Assembly: GCA_965231215.1 (NCBI GenBank) | Contig: OZ246423.1 | Span: 608,001 to 672,000, forward strand | DNA length: 64,000 nt | Direction of reading: 5' to 3' | DNA from: Candidatus Altimarinota bacterium | GTDB taxonomy: Bacteria > Patescibacteriota > Gracilibacteria > UBA4473 | Shown: positions 28,661-37,005 of the stretch, piece after piece | How the letters are laid out: each line of letters opens with the position of its first letter | Position numbering within the stretch: position 1 is the stretch's first letter | The notes under the pieces: generated by a model | Told to the model about the DNA's origin: nothing | The model's database searches: none | What the model saw: the letters and a program-made list of their open reading frames with translations, nothing else | Program-made: the position numbers and the translations under genes

Positions 28661-29281
28661 CTAAACTTTTGGGGTTAAACGAAAATATTGAGCTTCAGCT
28701 ATATCTGTTCCTGACACATTAACCGGCTTACGAACATAAGCTCGACCAATTCGTTCTACTCTATAACGATCGGTCACATAAGGCCGTGTCACCGTGCTGG
28801 CTGCATAAGAAATATCTTTCACATACAACGCCACCAATTCTTGCGCCGTCAGCGCCTCAATAACCCGACGTTGAATCGCACTGCCATCAACCCCACAGGC
28901 TGCAATATTTGGATTCTGTGGGAGGTTGGCCACAACCGTCCGCCCCTCTGCTCCCCACACATTATCGAGACTAAATTGACATTTCCCCCCTAAATTATTT
29001 GCAGTGGCATTATCTCGAGCAACACTCAATGAGGTTTTACACTTATCGGTGAGCAACACATTCTGCACTTGATCCTTAGTTGCCAACAGCAACCCTATGC
29101 ACCCCTTTCCACAACCAATATCTGCCATGTATGTAGACGGCCGAATCAATCCGTTTTGAATCAAATGCAATGCAGCCCTTCCAACATTTGAACGCTCGTG
29201 CACTCCAGGCAAGCTATGAAGTTCAAGCCCTAAATTTGGATCTGGTATATCTGGATAAATAGTAAGTGTGTCTAAAGGCAT
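28661..29281 (-). CDS. Class I SAM-dependent methyltransferase (HemK/MTS-like)
   Basis: Motif I ADIGCGKG, acidic LTD, ANLPQ motif IV variant, CGVDG..IQRR. Start MPLDT lies after the leader terminator. Confidence 0.82.
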   Translation of the reverse strand: MPLDTLTIYPDIPDPNLGLELHSLPGVHERSNVGRAALHLIQNGLIRPSTYMADIGCGKGCIGLLLATKDQVQNVLLTDKCKTSLSVARDNATANNLGGKCQFSLDNVWGAEGRTVVANLPQNPNIAACGVDGSAIQRRVIEALTAQELVALYVKDISYAASTVTRPYVTDRYRVERIGRAYVRKPVNVSGTDIAEAQYFRLTPKV

Positions 29282-29298
29282 AAGGTAAAAATTTACAT

Positions 29299-29325
29299 AA
29301 AAAAACCCGCCGAAGTAGGCGGGTT
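29299..29325 (-). terminator. Attenuator terminator of Met leader 1
   Basis: AACCCGCC-TACTTC-GGCGGGTT followed by TTTTT. Confidence 0.85.
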
Positions 29326-29351
29326 GGTACTTAGTTTCTTTTAATTTCTCA

Positions 29352-29408
29352 CTATGCACTAATCCGACCACTTCTCTTCAGAGAAGTCATCATCATAGTC
29401 ATAGCCAT
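29352..29408 (-). CDS. Putative Met-rich leader peptide 1: MAMTMMMTSLKRSGRISA
   Basis: 5 Met in the first 7 codons. Downstream of TTGACA-17-TACTTT and upstream of a strong terminator. Confidence 0.78.
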   Translation of the reverse strand: MAMTMMMTSLKRSGRISA

Positions 29409-29477
29409 GCTTAAATTTTGCACGGATTCAAAGTAATCTGAGTTTCCTTTTATGTCAAATTTATTAAAATAAAAACA

Positions 29478-30080
29478 ATGTCAAAGCGCGTTAGAACCCA
29501 CACCAACCCACTCTCAATTCTGAAAGAAATCCATTTTGAGGGATTTGGTAATGACAAACCTCTATTTGTAGATGTAGGCGCTTTCAAGGGAGAATTTATG
29601 GATGAACTATCTACAAAATTTCCAGATCACAATTATATCTGTTTTGAACTCCGAACCCCTATAGCCAATGCCCTAAAAGAAAAATTCAAAGACCGAGATA
29701 ACTTTGTAGTCTTCGATGGGGATGCGGGAAGAAACTTTCGAAATATCGTAGAACCCTGTATCGCACAAGGCGCTAAAATCCAAAACATTTTTGTAAACTT
29801 TCCAGACCCTTGGTTCAAAGATAAACACAAAAAGCGGAGATTCATCACCGTTAAGTTTTTGAACGAAGTCGCCAAATGGCTCCCCAAAGAAACAGCCTTT
29901 ATTTTTCAAACAGATCAAAAATTTGTTTTTGATGAAACCCTCGAATATCTAGAAGAAACGCCCTATACCAATATTGAGTATTTTGAAGATTCCGCCTACG
30001 AAATCCCAACCGATTGGGAAAAAGTAAAATTAGCTCAAGGGGATCAAATTTGGAGAATGAAATTTTCTCAAAAAGCCTAA
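29478..30080 (+). CDS. trmB: tRNA (guanine-N7) methyltransferase
   Basis: RVRTHTNPL, FVNFPDPWFKDKHKKRR, QTD, PTDWE. Confidence 0.92.
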   Translation: MSKRVRTHTNPLSILKEIHFEGFGNDKPLFVDVGAFKGEFMDELSTKFPDHNYICFELRTPIANALKEKFKDRDNFVVFDGDAGRNFRNIVEPCIAQGAKIQNIFVNFPDPWFKDKHKKRRFITVKFLNEVAKWLPKETAFIFQTDQKFVFDETLEYLEETPYTNIEYFEDSAYEIPTDWEKVKLAQGDQIWRMKFSQKA

Positions 30081-30475
30081 CGCAACATCGGCAAACTTCC
30101 TACTAGTGAATTAACCGTCTTGGTTTCTCCCATGACTCCAACCCCAAGAACCGTAAGGTCTTTAAGTTTTTTACCTTTCACAGATTCAGCGTATTCTTCA
30201 TAGCTGGTAGTACATTGAGCTTCTTTGGTAAAAGGAATAAGTTTTAGTCCTAGTTCCTGAGCCTTGTAGCACAAAGATTCTAAAGAGACCTCTTTGGGTT
30301 TAAGAATAAGGATAGGAATCTTGGTGATAGGCAAAAACTCAACATCAGCTCCCTCAATTTTAGGTCCCACTAGTTCAGACTCTCCTGAAAAAATTCCAGA
30401 GCTAATACAGGCCACAGCATTGGCCAAAAACCCAGTTGGCAAAGAGGTATCGAGAACGATGGCAGATTTTTTCAT
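30077..30475 (-). CDS. DUF2000-family protein
   Basis: AIVLD..LP.G..ANA.A, IPILIL, AQ....YEEY, G.....V..L.G.LP.LR. Confidence 0.8.
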   Translation of the reverse strand: MKKSAIVLDTSLPTGFLANAVACISSGIFSGESELVGPKIEGADVEFLPITKIPILILKPKEVSLESLCYKAQELGLKLIPFTKEAQCTTSYEEYAESVKGKKLKDLTVLGVGVMGETKTVNSLVGSLPMLR

Positions 30476-30543
30476 TTTAATTTGTTAAAAAATTAACAGA
30501 CATGTTATAATTAGTACAAATGTTATAACCCGTCATAAATCTG

Positions 30544-31161
30544 ATGTCAAAAAATATTTCAACACTACTCCAAAAATACCCACTCATTACAACCTATGCC
30601 AACGCTGGGTTAGTGAACCTCAATGCCTTGGCCAGACTAATTCAACCAAATACTAAAAGCGTTTCCATTGAAGCCCTGGGGATGGAGCTCAGACGATATC
30701 TAGCAAAACAGGAAAAAACTAATATCCCAAAAGCTGACTTTTCGTCCTACGATTTAGAGGTGGTAAGTCGTAGCAACATAAAAGAACTTATCTTTGATAA
30801 AACTATTACAAACCGAAAATACTGCTTGAAACTAGCCACTGAGCTCCTAGAAAGTAAACACTTTTTTTCTCTGGTAGAGGGAGAAAAAGAAATAACCATT
30901 ATCACTGATGCTGATGGTAAAATTGTGGAGAGGTCAAAACCAGCCAATTTGCACCAAACTGAAAAGTTAGGTTTTATTTCTATAAACTTTCCTTTTGAAC
31001 TTAGGGCCAAACCTGGAATATACAGTGTACTGACATCTGCCTTAGCCGAGGAACACATTTCTATCCAGTCTTTCCATACTATAGGGGGAGAAATTATCAT
31101 CCTCGTTCACGAACAAGACCTCATCAAAACCCAAGAAATCTTTCAGTCTTTTTTCAATTAA
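30544..31161 (+). CDS. ACT-domain protein, probable amino-acid-sensing regulator
   Basis: N-terminal GLVNLNALAR..LRRY HTH-like region. C-terminal PGIYS.LT..LA...ISI ACT fold. Confidence 0.7.
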   Translation: MSKNISTLLQKYPLITTYANAGLVNLNALARLIQPNTKSVSIEALGMELRRYLAKQEKTNIPKADFSSYDLEVVSRSNIKELIFDKTITNRKYCLKLATELLESKHFFSLVEGEKEITIITDADGKIVERSKPANLHQTEKLGFISINFPFELRAKPGIYSVLTSALAEEHISIQSFHTIGGEIIILVHEQDLIKTQEIFQSFFN

Positions 31162-31162
31162 C

Positions 31163-31191
31163 AAAAAAGGGCGAAGAAAATTCACCCTTTT
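31163..31191 (-). terminator. Terminator after rny (possibly bidirectional)
   Basis: AAAAGGGTGAA-TTTTC-TTCGCCCTTTTTT on the minus strand. Confidence 0.75.
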
Positions 31192-31211
31192 CCCTAACAT
31201 TTACTTTTAAG

Positions 31212-32753
31212 CTATCGAGCTACTCCTTCAAAACGAGAATCCCTGATTACCACTACTTTCACCTGTCCAGGATACTGACAGTTTTGTTCTACCTTCGTGG
31301 CGATATCAATAGCGAGTTTTTCAGAGTCTAGATCGTTTACTTCTGCCGCATCTACAAAGACTCGAACTTCTCTCCCAGCTTGGATGGCAAATACTTTTTC
31401 AACGCCTTCAAAAGAACCAGCAATAGCTTCAAGTTCTTTAAGTCGCTTAATGTATTTATCCAGTGTCTCACGTCTCGCTCCAGGCCGAGAAGCTGAAATG
31501 GCATCAGCCGCTTGCAACACACGGGCTTCTAAAGATTCATACGGGAAGTCTTCATGATGTGATTTCATCGCTACAATTACAGGTTCTTCAATCCCAAATT
31601 TCTGCAAAATTTCCATCCCAATGACAGCATGTCCTCCTTCTACTTCATGCGAAACGGCTTTCCCGATATCGTGAAGGAGTCCGGCTTTTTTGAGCATTTC
31701 ACTATCGGCTCCAGGAAGGTAGTTGGCAATCCCTTCGGCAAGATAGGCTACTTCAATAGAGTGCTGTAATACATTCTGTCCGTAAGAAGACCGAAATCTA
31801 AGCTTACCAGTAAGTTTCAAAATTGGATCTGGAAGCCCCGTAACTCCAAGGTCATATGCTGCTTTCTGGCCCAGCTCAATAAGTAGCTTGTCTGCTTTTT
31901 GTTCTGCTTTTTCTACGGCTTCTTCAATTTTAGAAGGGTGAATCCGTCCATCCTTAATCAGGTTTTCTAAAGCAATTTTAGCAATAAATCTTCGGAAAGT
32001 GTCATACGAGGAAAGAGTGATAGTTCCTGGTGTATCATCTACAATGAGGTCTACGCCTGTAAGCATTTCAAAGGCGTTAATATTACGCCCTTCACGTCCA
32101 ATAATTTTCCCTTTGATTTCATCGGAATCCAGTTTTACTACCGTCACGGTAGATTCTGAGGTAACCGATGAAGCGAATCTTTGGATGGACTGAACCAAAA
32201 TATTTGAGGCTTCTTCATCAGCGTCTTTCTCAATGGCTTCAATTTTTCGCTTCATAGAGTCAGCCAATTGAGCCTCACACTGAGCTTCAATCCGAGCAAA
32301 CAACTCTTCTTTGGCTTTGTCTTGCGGCAACTTGCTGATTTTCTCTAAAACTTCATTTTGTTCAGACAAACGGTCATCAAGTTTTGCTTTTTTATCATCT
32401 AGATCTTTAACAGATTTTTCATAATCTTCCCGAGCTTTTTCCATTCGCTCAGCTTTTTGATCTAATTGTTCTTCGCGTCGAACCAGCCGTTCATCAGCTT
32501 GTTCTTGCATTTTTTGTAGTCGGTCTCGAGTCTGCTGTTCTTCCCTTTTGGCGTTTTCACGTAGATCCTCTACATGTTTTTTACCTTCAGAAAGAATTCG
32601 ATCAGCCTCAAGCTTCGCATTCTCCCGAATGCGGTCGGCTTCTGCTTTAGCGTTATCTTCTAAAAGTTTAGCCCGTGGTCGGACAAACAGATAAGATAAG
32701 ACGGCCCCCAGGGCTACGCCCGCCAATGGCAAAATAATATACCAAATTTCCAT
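31212..32753 (-). CDS. rny: Ribonuclease Y
   Basis: N-terminal TM and coiled coil, KH domain (KGKIIGREGRNI), HD domain (GLLHDIGK), AIQAGRE. Confidence 0.97.
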   Translation of the reverse strand: MEIWYIILPLAGVALGAVLSYLFVRPRAKLLEDNAKAEADRIRENAKLEADRILSEGKKHVEDLRENAKREEQQTRDRLQKMQEQADERLVRREEQLDQKAERMEKAREDYEKSVKDLDDKKAKLDDRLSEQNEVLEKISKLPQDKAKEELFARIEAQCEAQLADSMKRKIEAIEKDADEEASNILVQSIQRFASSVTSESTVTVVKLDSDEIKGKIIGREGRNINAFEMLTGVDLIVDDTPGTITLSSYDTFRRFIAKIALENLIKDGRIHPSKIEEAVEKAEQKADKLLIELGQKAAYDLGVTGLPDPILKLTGKLRFRSSYGQNVLQHSIEVAYLAEGIANYLPGADSEMLKKAGLLHDIGKAVSHEVEGGHAVIGMEILQKFGIEEPVIVAMKSHHEDFPYESLEARVLQAADAISASRPGARRETLDKYIKRLKELEAIAGSFEGVEKVFAIQAGREVRVFVDAAEVNDLDSEKLAIDIATKVEQNCQYPGQVKVVVIRDSRFEGVAR

Positions 32754-32774
32754 AGCTATTAAAATTAAAAGATA

Positions 32775-32940
32775 CTGAGAGACCTGGCTCCCTCTCTTTT
32801 TCAGGAACTATTTTTGCTGTTTTATCGTTTAAAAACCTATAAGCAAGCGCCTTAAGCGCTCCTACTAAACGACAAAGAAAATCTATAAATTTGAACCAGA
32901 ATAACATCTCAAATCCGAGTCTAAACCAGGGCTTTTTCAA
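32775..32940 (-). ncRNA. Structured RNA upstream of rny (6S-like RNA or cis-regulatory leader)
   Basis: Closing helix CCTGGTTT/GAGCCAGG encloses several hairpins. G-U pairs work on the minus strand. Confidence 0.4.
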
Positions 32941-33051
32941 AGTCAAACCGATCATAATAAATGCTCAAAGTCAAAAAATTCAAGCAAGTTTTAGCCGGCT
33001 AAAAAAAAGCCTCTATATGGCTTCTGTCTGAAGTGTTTCAAAAGCCCAAAT

Positions 33052-33468
33052 TTATTTGCTACGACATCGGCTACAAATCCCAAAGAATCCCAAATGTACT
33101 TCTTTTAGTAAAAAATTTTTCTCTTTATCCAGTTGATCAGCAATAGAGGCTTGATAATCCAAAAAAATTTCTTCAGCCCTCCCGCACTCTTGGCAGATAA
33201 GAAAATGGTGGGCTTCTTCGATATTGCTGGGGTTGGTACAAAGTTTCCACTTTCCTTCAAATTGATGTACGAGCCGAACGGCTTCTAGTTTTTCTAAAAC
33301 TCTGTAAATGGTCGTTACATCAAATTCATTTCCCAAAAGTTTAGCCATCTCATGAGCAGAATAAAAAACCTCAGAACTCACCAATAAATCAAAAATCTTA
33401 CGCACCCCCACAGTCACACGCCAGCGACGTTCGGCAAAAGCTTTATCCAGGACACTTCTTTCTACCAT
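33052..33468 (-). CDS. Fur/Zur-family transcriptional repressor
   Basis: TTIYRVL, HHFLICQECG, GICSRC. Confidence 0.92.
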   Translation of the reverse strand: MVERSVLDKAFAERRWRVTVGVRKIFDLLVSSEVFYSAHEMAKLLGNEFDVTTIYRVLEKLEAVRLVHQFEGKWKLCTNPSNIEEAHHFLICQECGRAEEIFLDYQASIADQLDKEKNFLLKEVHLGFFGICSRCRSK

Positions 33469-33609
33469 TTTTATGTATATTACTAAGGGAGGAGTGGCGC
33501 GATTATAAAAACTTTTCTACTAATACCCTACAGAATTTAGTAGATTTTTCAGGGAATTATTTTGATGGAAAATCTTAATATAAGCCCTAACTAAGTGTGC
33601 ACCAGAGCT

Positions 33610-34440
33610 TTAGGCAAAAAACTGTGTTAGCATCTGTGGATCAACCAATAAAAATAAACCAATAATGATAAGTAAAATCCCACCAATAAGGTTCGAAGTC
33701 TGAACTACTTTCGGACTGAATACCTTCAAAGAAAGAGTAGTGATAGCAATAGTAAATACCACCAAGTCATCTAAAACATAAGCAATATCATAAATAACCA
33801 AAGCCAAAATTTGCTGCCATGTTTCTAGCTCCAAAGAAACAATAGTAGAAGTAAAAACGGTCGGGATTGCGAAAGAACACAAAAGTTCGAAGGCATTCAC
33901 AGAAAAAGCTAAAACCACCATTCCCGCTAGGACTAACCAGAGTTTTTCTCGCGCTAAAATATCGGTGAGTTGCTGATGAAACTTTTTCTTGCTTTCTGCG
34001 TCTCGAACATCGCATTCGATTCCTTTATTTTTGTAACTTACAATAGACATTACCCCAGCGGCGATAGCCATTCCTCCAACAGCCATGAAAACCCAGTTCA
34101 TAGCCTCTGTAGCGATAACACTGGTTAAAGCCTCAAATCCTACAAGATAGGTCAAAAGAGCCGCAAAATAAATGATGCCAGAACTGGCAATAAAGACTCC
34201 CCCAATAAGCCATCTTTTGGTTTTATCTTCCATGGTCAATAAAAACCCAAGTAAGATGAACAGCGTCCACATAGCACAGGGATTAAACCCATCTATCAGC
34301 CCCAGGACAAAACTCATCACGGGCCATGAATAGTCCAAGGCCCCAGCCCACCATTGATTGGCAATAAGACCGCTCATATCTTCCGCAAAAACTAAATAGG
34401 GCGAAAACAAAAAACTCAAAGCGAGTGTGTATTTATTCAT
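33610..34440 (-). CDS. CcdA/DsbD-like membrane thiol-redox protein
   Basis: Multi-TM, with GLIDGFNPCAM and ELLCS cysteines. Confidence 0.75.
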   Translation of the reverse strand: MNKYTLALSFLFSPYLVFAEDMSGLIANQWWAGALDYSWPVMSFVLGLIDGFNPCAMWTLFILLGFLLTMEDKTKRWLIGGVFIASSGIIYFAALLTYLVGFEALTSVIATEAMNWVFMAVGGMAIAAGVMSIVSYKNKGIECDVRDAESKKKFHQQLTDILAREKLWLVLAGMVVLAFSVNAFELLCSFAIPTVFTSTIVSLELETWQQILALVIYDIAYVLDDLVVFTIAITTLSLKVFSPKVVQTSNLIGGILLIIIGLFLLVDPQMLTQFFA

Positions 34441-34451
34441 ATTTTAAAAAT

Positions 34452-34949
34452 TTAATTTTTCCGTCCCCCAAGCGCCAAAGCGCCCCCAATAATCACAAGC
34501 GTTCCAACAAAAATAAAAATCCATTTAGTCCAGTCTTGGGATTTTTCAGGTGTTTCTAACCCCATTGGGGAGGCCTCCACGGCCAAAGGTTCGCCAAAAT
34601 GGGATCGCATAACTTCTAAAATGGTTTCTTTTTGGAACCCAACAATTACTTGGCCTTTAATAATATTTGTCGGTACGGCTCGTGGTGTTTGATCCAGTTC
34701 GGCCAACCTCTCGGCCCACAAAATTTTGTTCTTTTCATCATGCCATACCTCATATTCTTTAATCTCTAAATCTGGATACATGGCCTGAAGGGTTGGAAGC
34801 CAGGCTTTTTCTTTATGACAGTGTGGACATTCTCTTCCATAAAAAAATTCCAGCACCGGAATTTCCTGAGCCCAGACTGAGCCTGCAAAAAATAAAAGTG
34901 TAAAAAATAAAGCAATCGCAAATTTTTGCATCATCGCCAGAGTAAACAC
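34452..34949 (-). CDS. Exported thioredoxin/glutaredoxin-fold protein
   Basis: Signal peptide, CPHC, AVPT (cis-Pro) and a C-terminal TM. Confidence 0.85.
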   Translation of the reverse strand: MFTLAMMQKFAIALFFTLLFFAGSVWAQEIPVLEFFYGRECPHCHKEKAWLPTLQAMYPDLEIKEYEVWHDEKNKILWAERLAELDQTPRAVPTNIIKGQVIVGFQKETILEVMRSHFGEPLAVEASPMGLETPEKSQDWTKWIFIFVGTLVIIGGALALGGRKN

Positions 34950-35026
34950 TTTATAAATTTTAGCAAAACTATTTCTGTGTGAGGGACTTGTTTTTCACCA
35001 AATTTACCCCATAATTTAAAAAACAA

Positions 35027-35722
35027 ATGCTCATATTCAAAAACGTTGGATTAAAAATTAACCAAAATCAGGTCTTGTCCGGACTAAATTTTAGTGTAAA
35101 ACCTGGAGAATCGGTGGCTATTTTAGGGGCTTCTGGAGCGGGGAAATCTTCGCTTTTTAGCCTGCTTATTGGAGAAAAAAAACCGACGAGAGGAGAGATA
35201 CTCCTGGATGAAATTTCTTTGGGAGAGCTTTCCTTTGCGAGTGTTCAACACTACAGACGTCAGATTGGAATTGTGTTCCAAGACTTTCGACTGCTGCCTC
35301 AAAAAACCGTCTTTGAAAATATAGCCTTTGCCCTAGAGGTGTGTGGAGAATCTTCTCTGGTACCAATAAAAGTGCCGCCATTGCTGGAGCTCGTAGGCCT
35401 TCAAGACAAAGCCAAATCTTTTCCTCATGAACTTTCTGGAGGAGAACGCCAGAGAGCCGCTATTGCCAGAGCCATGGTGCATGAACCTAAAATTCTCATA
35501 GCCGACGAGGCTACCGGGAATTTGGATCCCAAAAATTCAGCCGAAATTGCTGAGGTTTTTAAAAAACTAAACCAAGAAACAGGGCTCACCTTACTTTTTG
35601 CCGCCCATGACCCTATCTTAATACAAAAACTAGAACCCAGAGTCATTCGCTTAGAGAAAGGGAAGGTCTTGTTTGACCAGCACAAATGTGATTTAAAAAA
35701 AGCGTTTTCTGGACTTTTATAA
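35027..35722 (+). CDS. ftsE: FtsE-like ABC ATPase
   Basis: GASGAGKS, RRQIGIVFQDFRLLP.KTVFEN, LSGGE, ADEATGNLD. No ftsX adjacent. Confidence 0.75.
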   Translation: MLIFKNVGLKINQNQVLSGLNFSVKPGESVAILGASGAGKSSLFSLLIGEKKPTRGEILLDEISLGELSFASVQHYRRQIGIVFQDFRLLPQKTVFENIAFALEVCGESSLVPIKVPPLLELVGLQDKAKSFPHELSGGERQRAAIARAMVHEPKILIADEATGNLDPKNSAEIAEVFKKLNQETGLTLLFAAHDPILIQKLEPRVIRLEKGKVLFDQHKCDLKKAFSGLL

Positions 35723-35911
35723 AAGGACGCATTATGCTTGTCAGAGATAGGCTACAAATTTAAAACTTTTTTTGTTTTTTTACTGAAAAGAACCAGCTGC
35801 CCAAAAGAATTAAATAGAGGTTAAAGGTTTACGAAAAATAGTTTGACAAAAAACAAAAAAATCCCTAAATTTTTGACTATATCAGATATTTGTGTTTTAT
35901 TAAATCAAAGA

Positions 35912-37000
35912 ATGACCCCAATCCAAAAGGTTGACATCAACTTCTCCGAGCTCATGGCTCGGCTTCTTGATCTCCTAAACCCAAAAGAACGAGACGTTAT
36001 CGAAAGACGTTTTTCTTTGGGGGGAAAAAGAAAAGAAACGCTCGACAAAATCGGAAAAAGCTACTCAATCACTCGTGAAAGAGTAAGACAAATTGAAGCT
36101 GTGGCAATTAAAAAGCTGGCGCGTATTTCAATGGATCCATCTATGCGACAGATTCATAATTTAGGGTACAACATTCTTTGTGAGAACGGAAAAGTGATGC
36201 TTGAGGATCACTTGGTTTCTGAGATGTTGAAAAATATGTCTAACACCAAAAATGTTGATACAAATGCTGTAAAACTCGCTATGCGCGTTTCTGACAGACT
36301 GGCCAAACAAGATAAAAATCAGTTTTTCCGGCCCTTCTGGAGAACTTCAGATCTTTCGCTCCTAGAAGTAAAAAATCTGATTCGAGGGATTCAAAAAATT
36401 ATGGAACGAAAACACGAAACGATCAGTGTTGATGAAATTGCTGAAAAACTAAACGGGGAATATCCCCTGGAAATGGTCGGGTCGGTGCTCTTTGTAGATT
36501 GGAGTTTCAAACAAACTTCAGAAGGCTGGGGATTAACCGCCTGGAGACACATCAACCCACGATCCATTAAAGATAAAATTAACATTACCTTTAAAGAAGT
36601 GGGGAAACCCTTACATTTTACAGAAATTGTAAACCACGTTTTGGCAGACTTTGATGCTAAAAAAATGGTAACCCACCAAGCCATTCACAATGAACTTATT
36701 CGCCATAATGATTTTGTGTTAGTTGGTCGAGGGATGTACGCACTAAAAGAATGGGGGCTGCCTTCTGGAACCGTTTGTGATCTTATTGTAGAAGTACTGG
36801 AAGAACACGAAGCGCCAATGAAACGACAAGAAATTATTAACGCCGTACTCCAAAAACGAGACATTCGTATTGGCACCATTTCCCTAAACCTTCAAAAATA
36901 TCCTTTCTTCCGACGTGTAGGGCGAGCCGTTTATGAATATGCTCCAGAGTTAGATACTCGAAGAAGAAACCAAAAACGAAGAGCCGCCGCTAAACAATAA
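35912..37000 (+). CDS. Sigma70 region-4 / winged-HTH domain protein
   Basis: ERDVIERRF..ETLDKIGKSYSITRERVRQIE (sigma r4), followed by KPLHFTEI..AIHNELIR..FVLVGRGMYALKEWG. Confidence 0.85.
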   Translation: MTPIQKVDINFSELMARLLDLLNPKERDVIERRFSLGGKRKETLDKIGKSYSITRERVRQIEAVAIKKLARISMDPSMRQIHNLGYNILCENGKVMLEDHLVSEMLKNMSNTKNVDTNAVKLAMRVSDRLAKQDKNQFFRPFWRTSDLSLLEVKNLIRGIQKIMERKHETISVDEIAEKLNGEYPLEMVGSVLFVDWSFKQTSEGWGLTAWRHINPRSIKDKINITFKEVGKPLHFTEIVNHVLADFDAKKMVTHQAIHNELIRHNDFVLVGRGMYALKEWGLPSGTVCDLIVEVLEEHEAPMKRQEIINAVLQKRDIRIGTISLNLQKYPFFRRVGRAVYEYAPELDTRRRNQKRRAAAKQ

Positions 37001-37005
37001 AGCGT

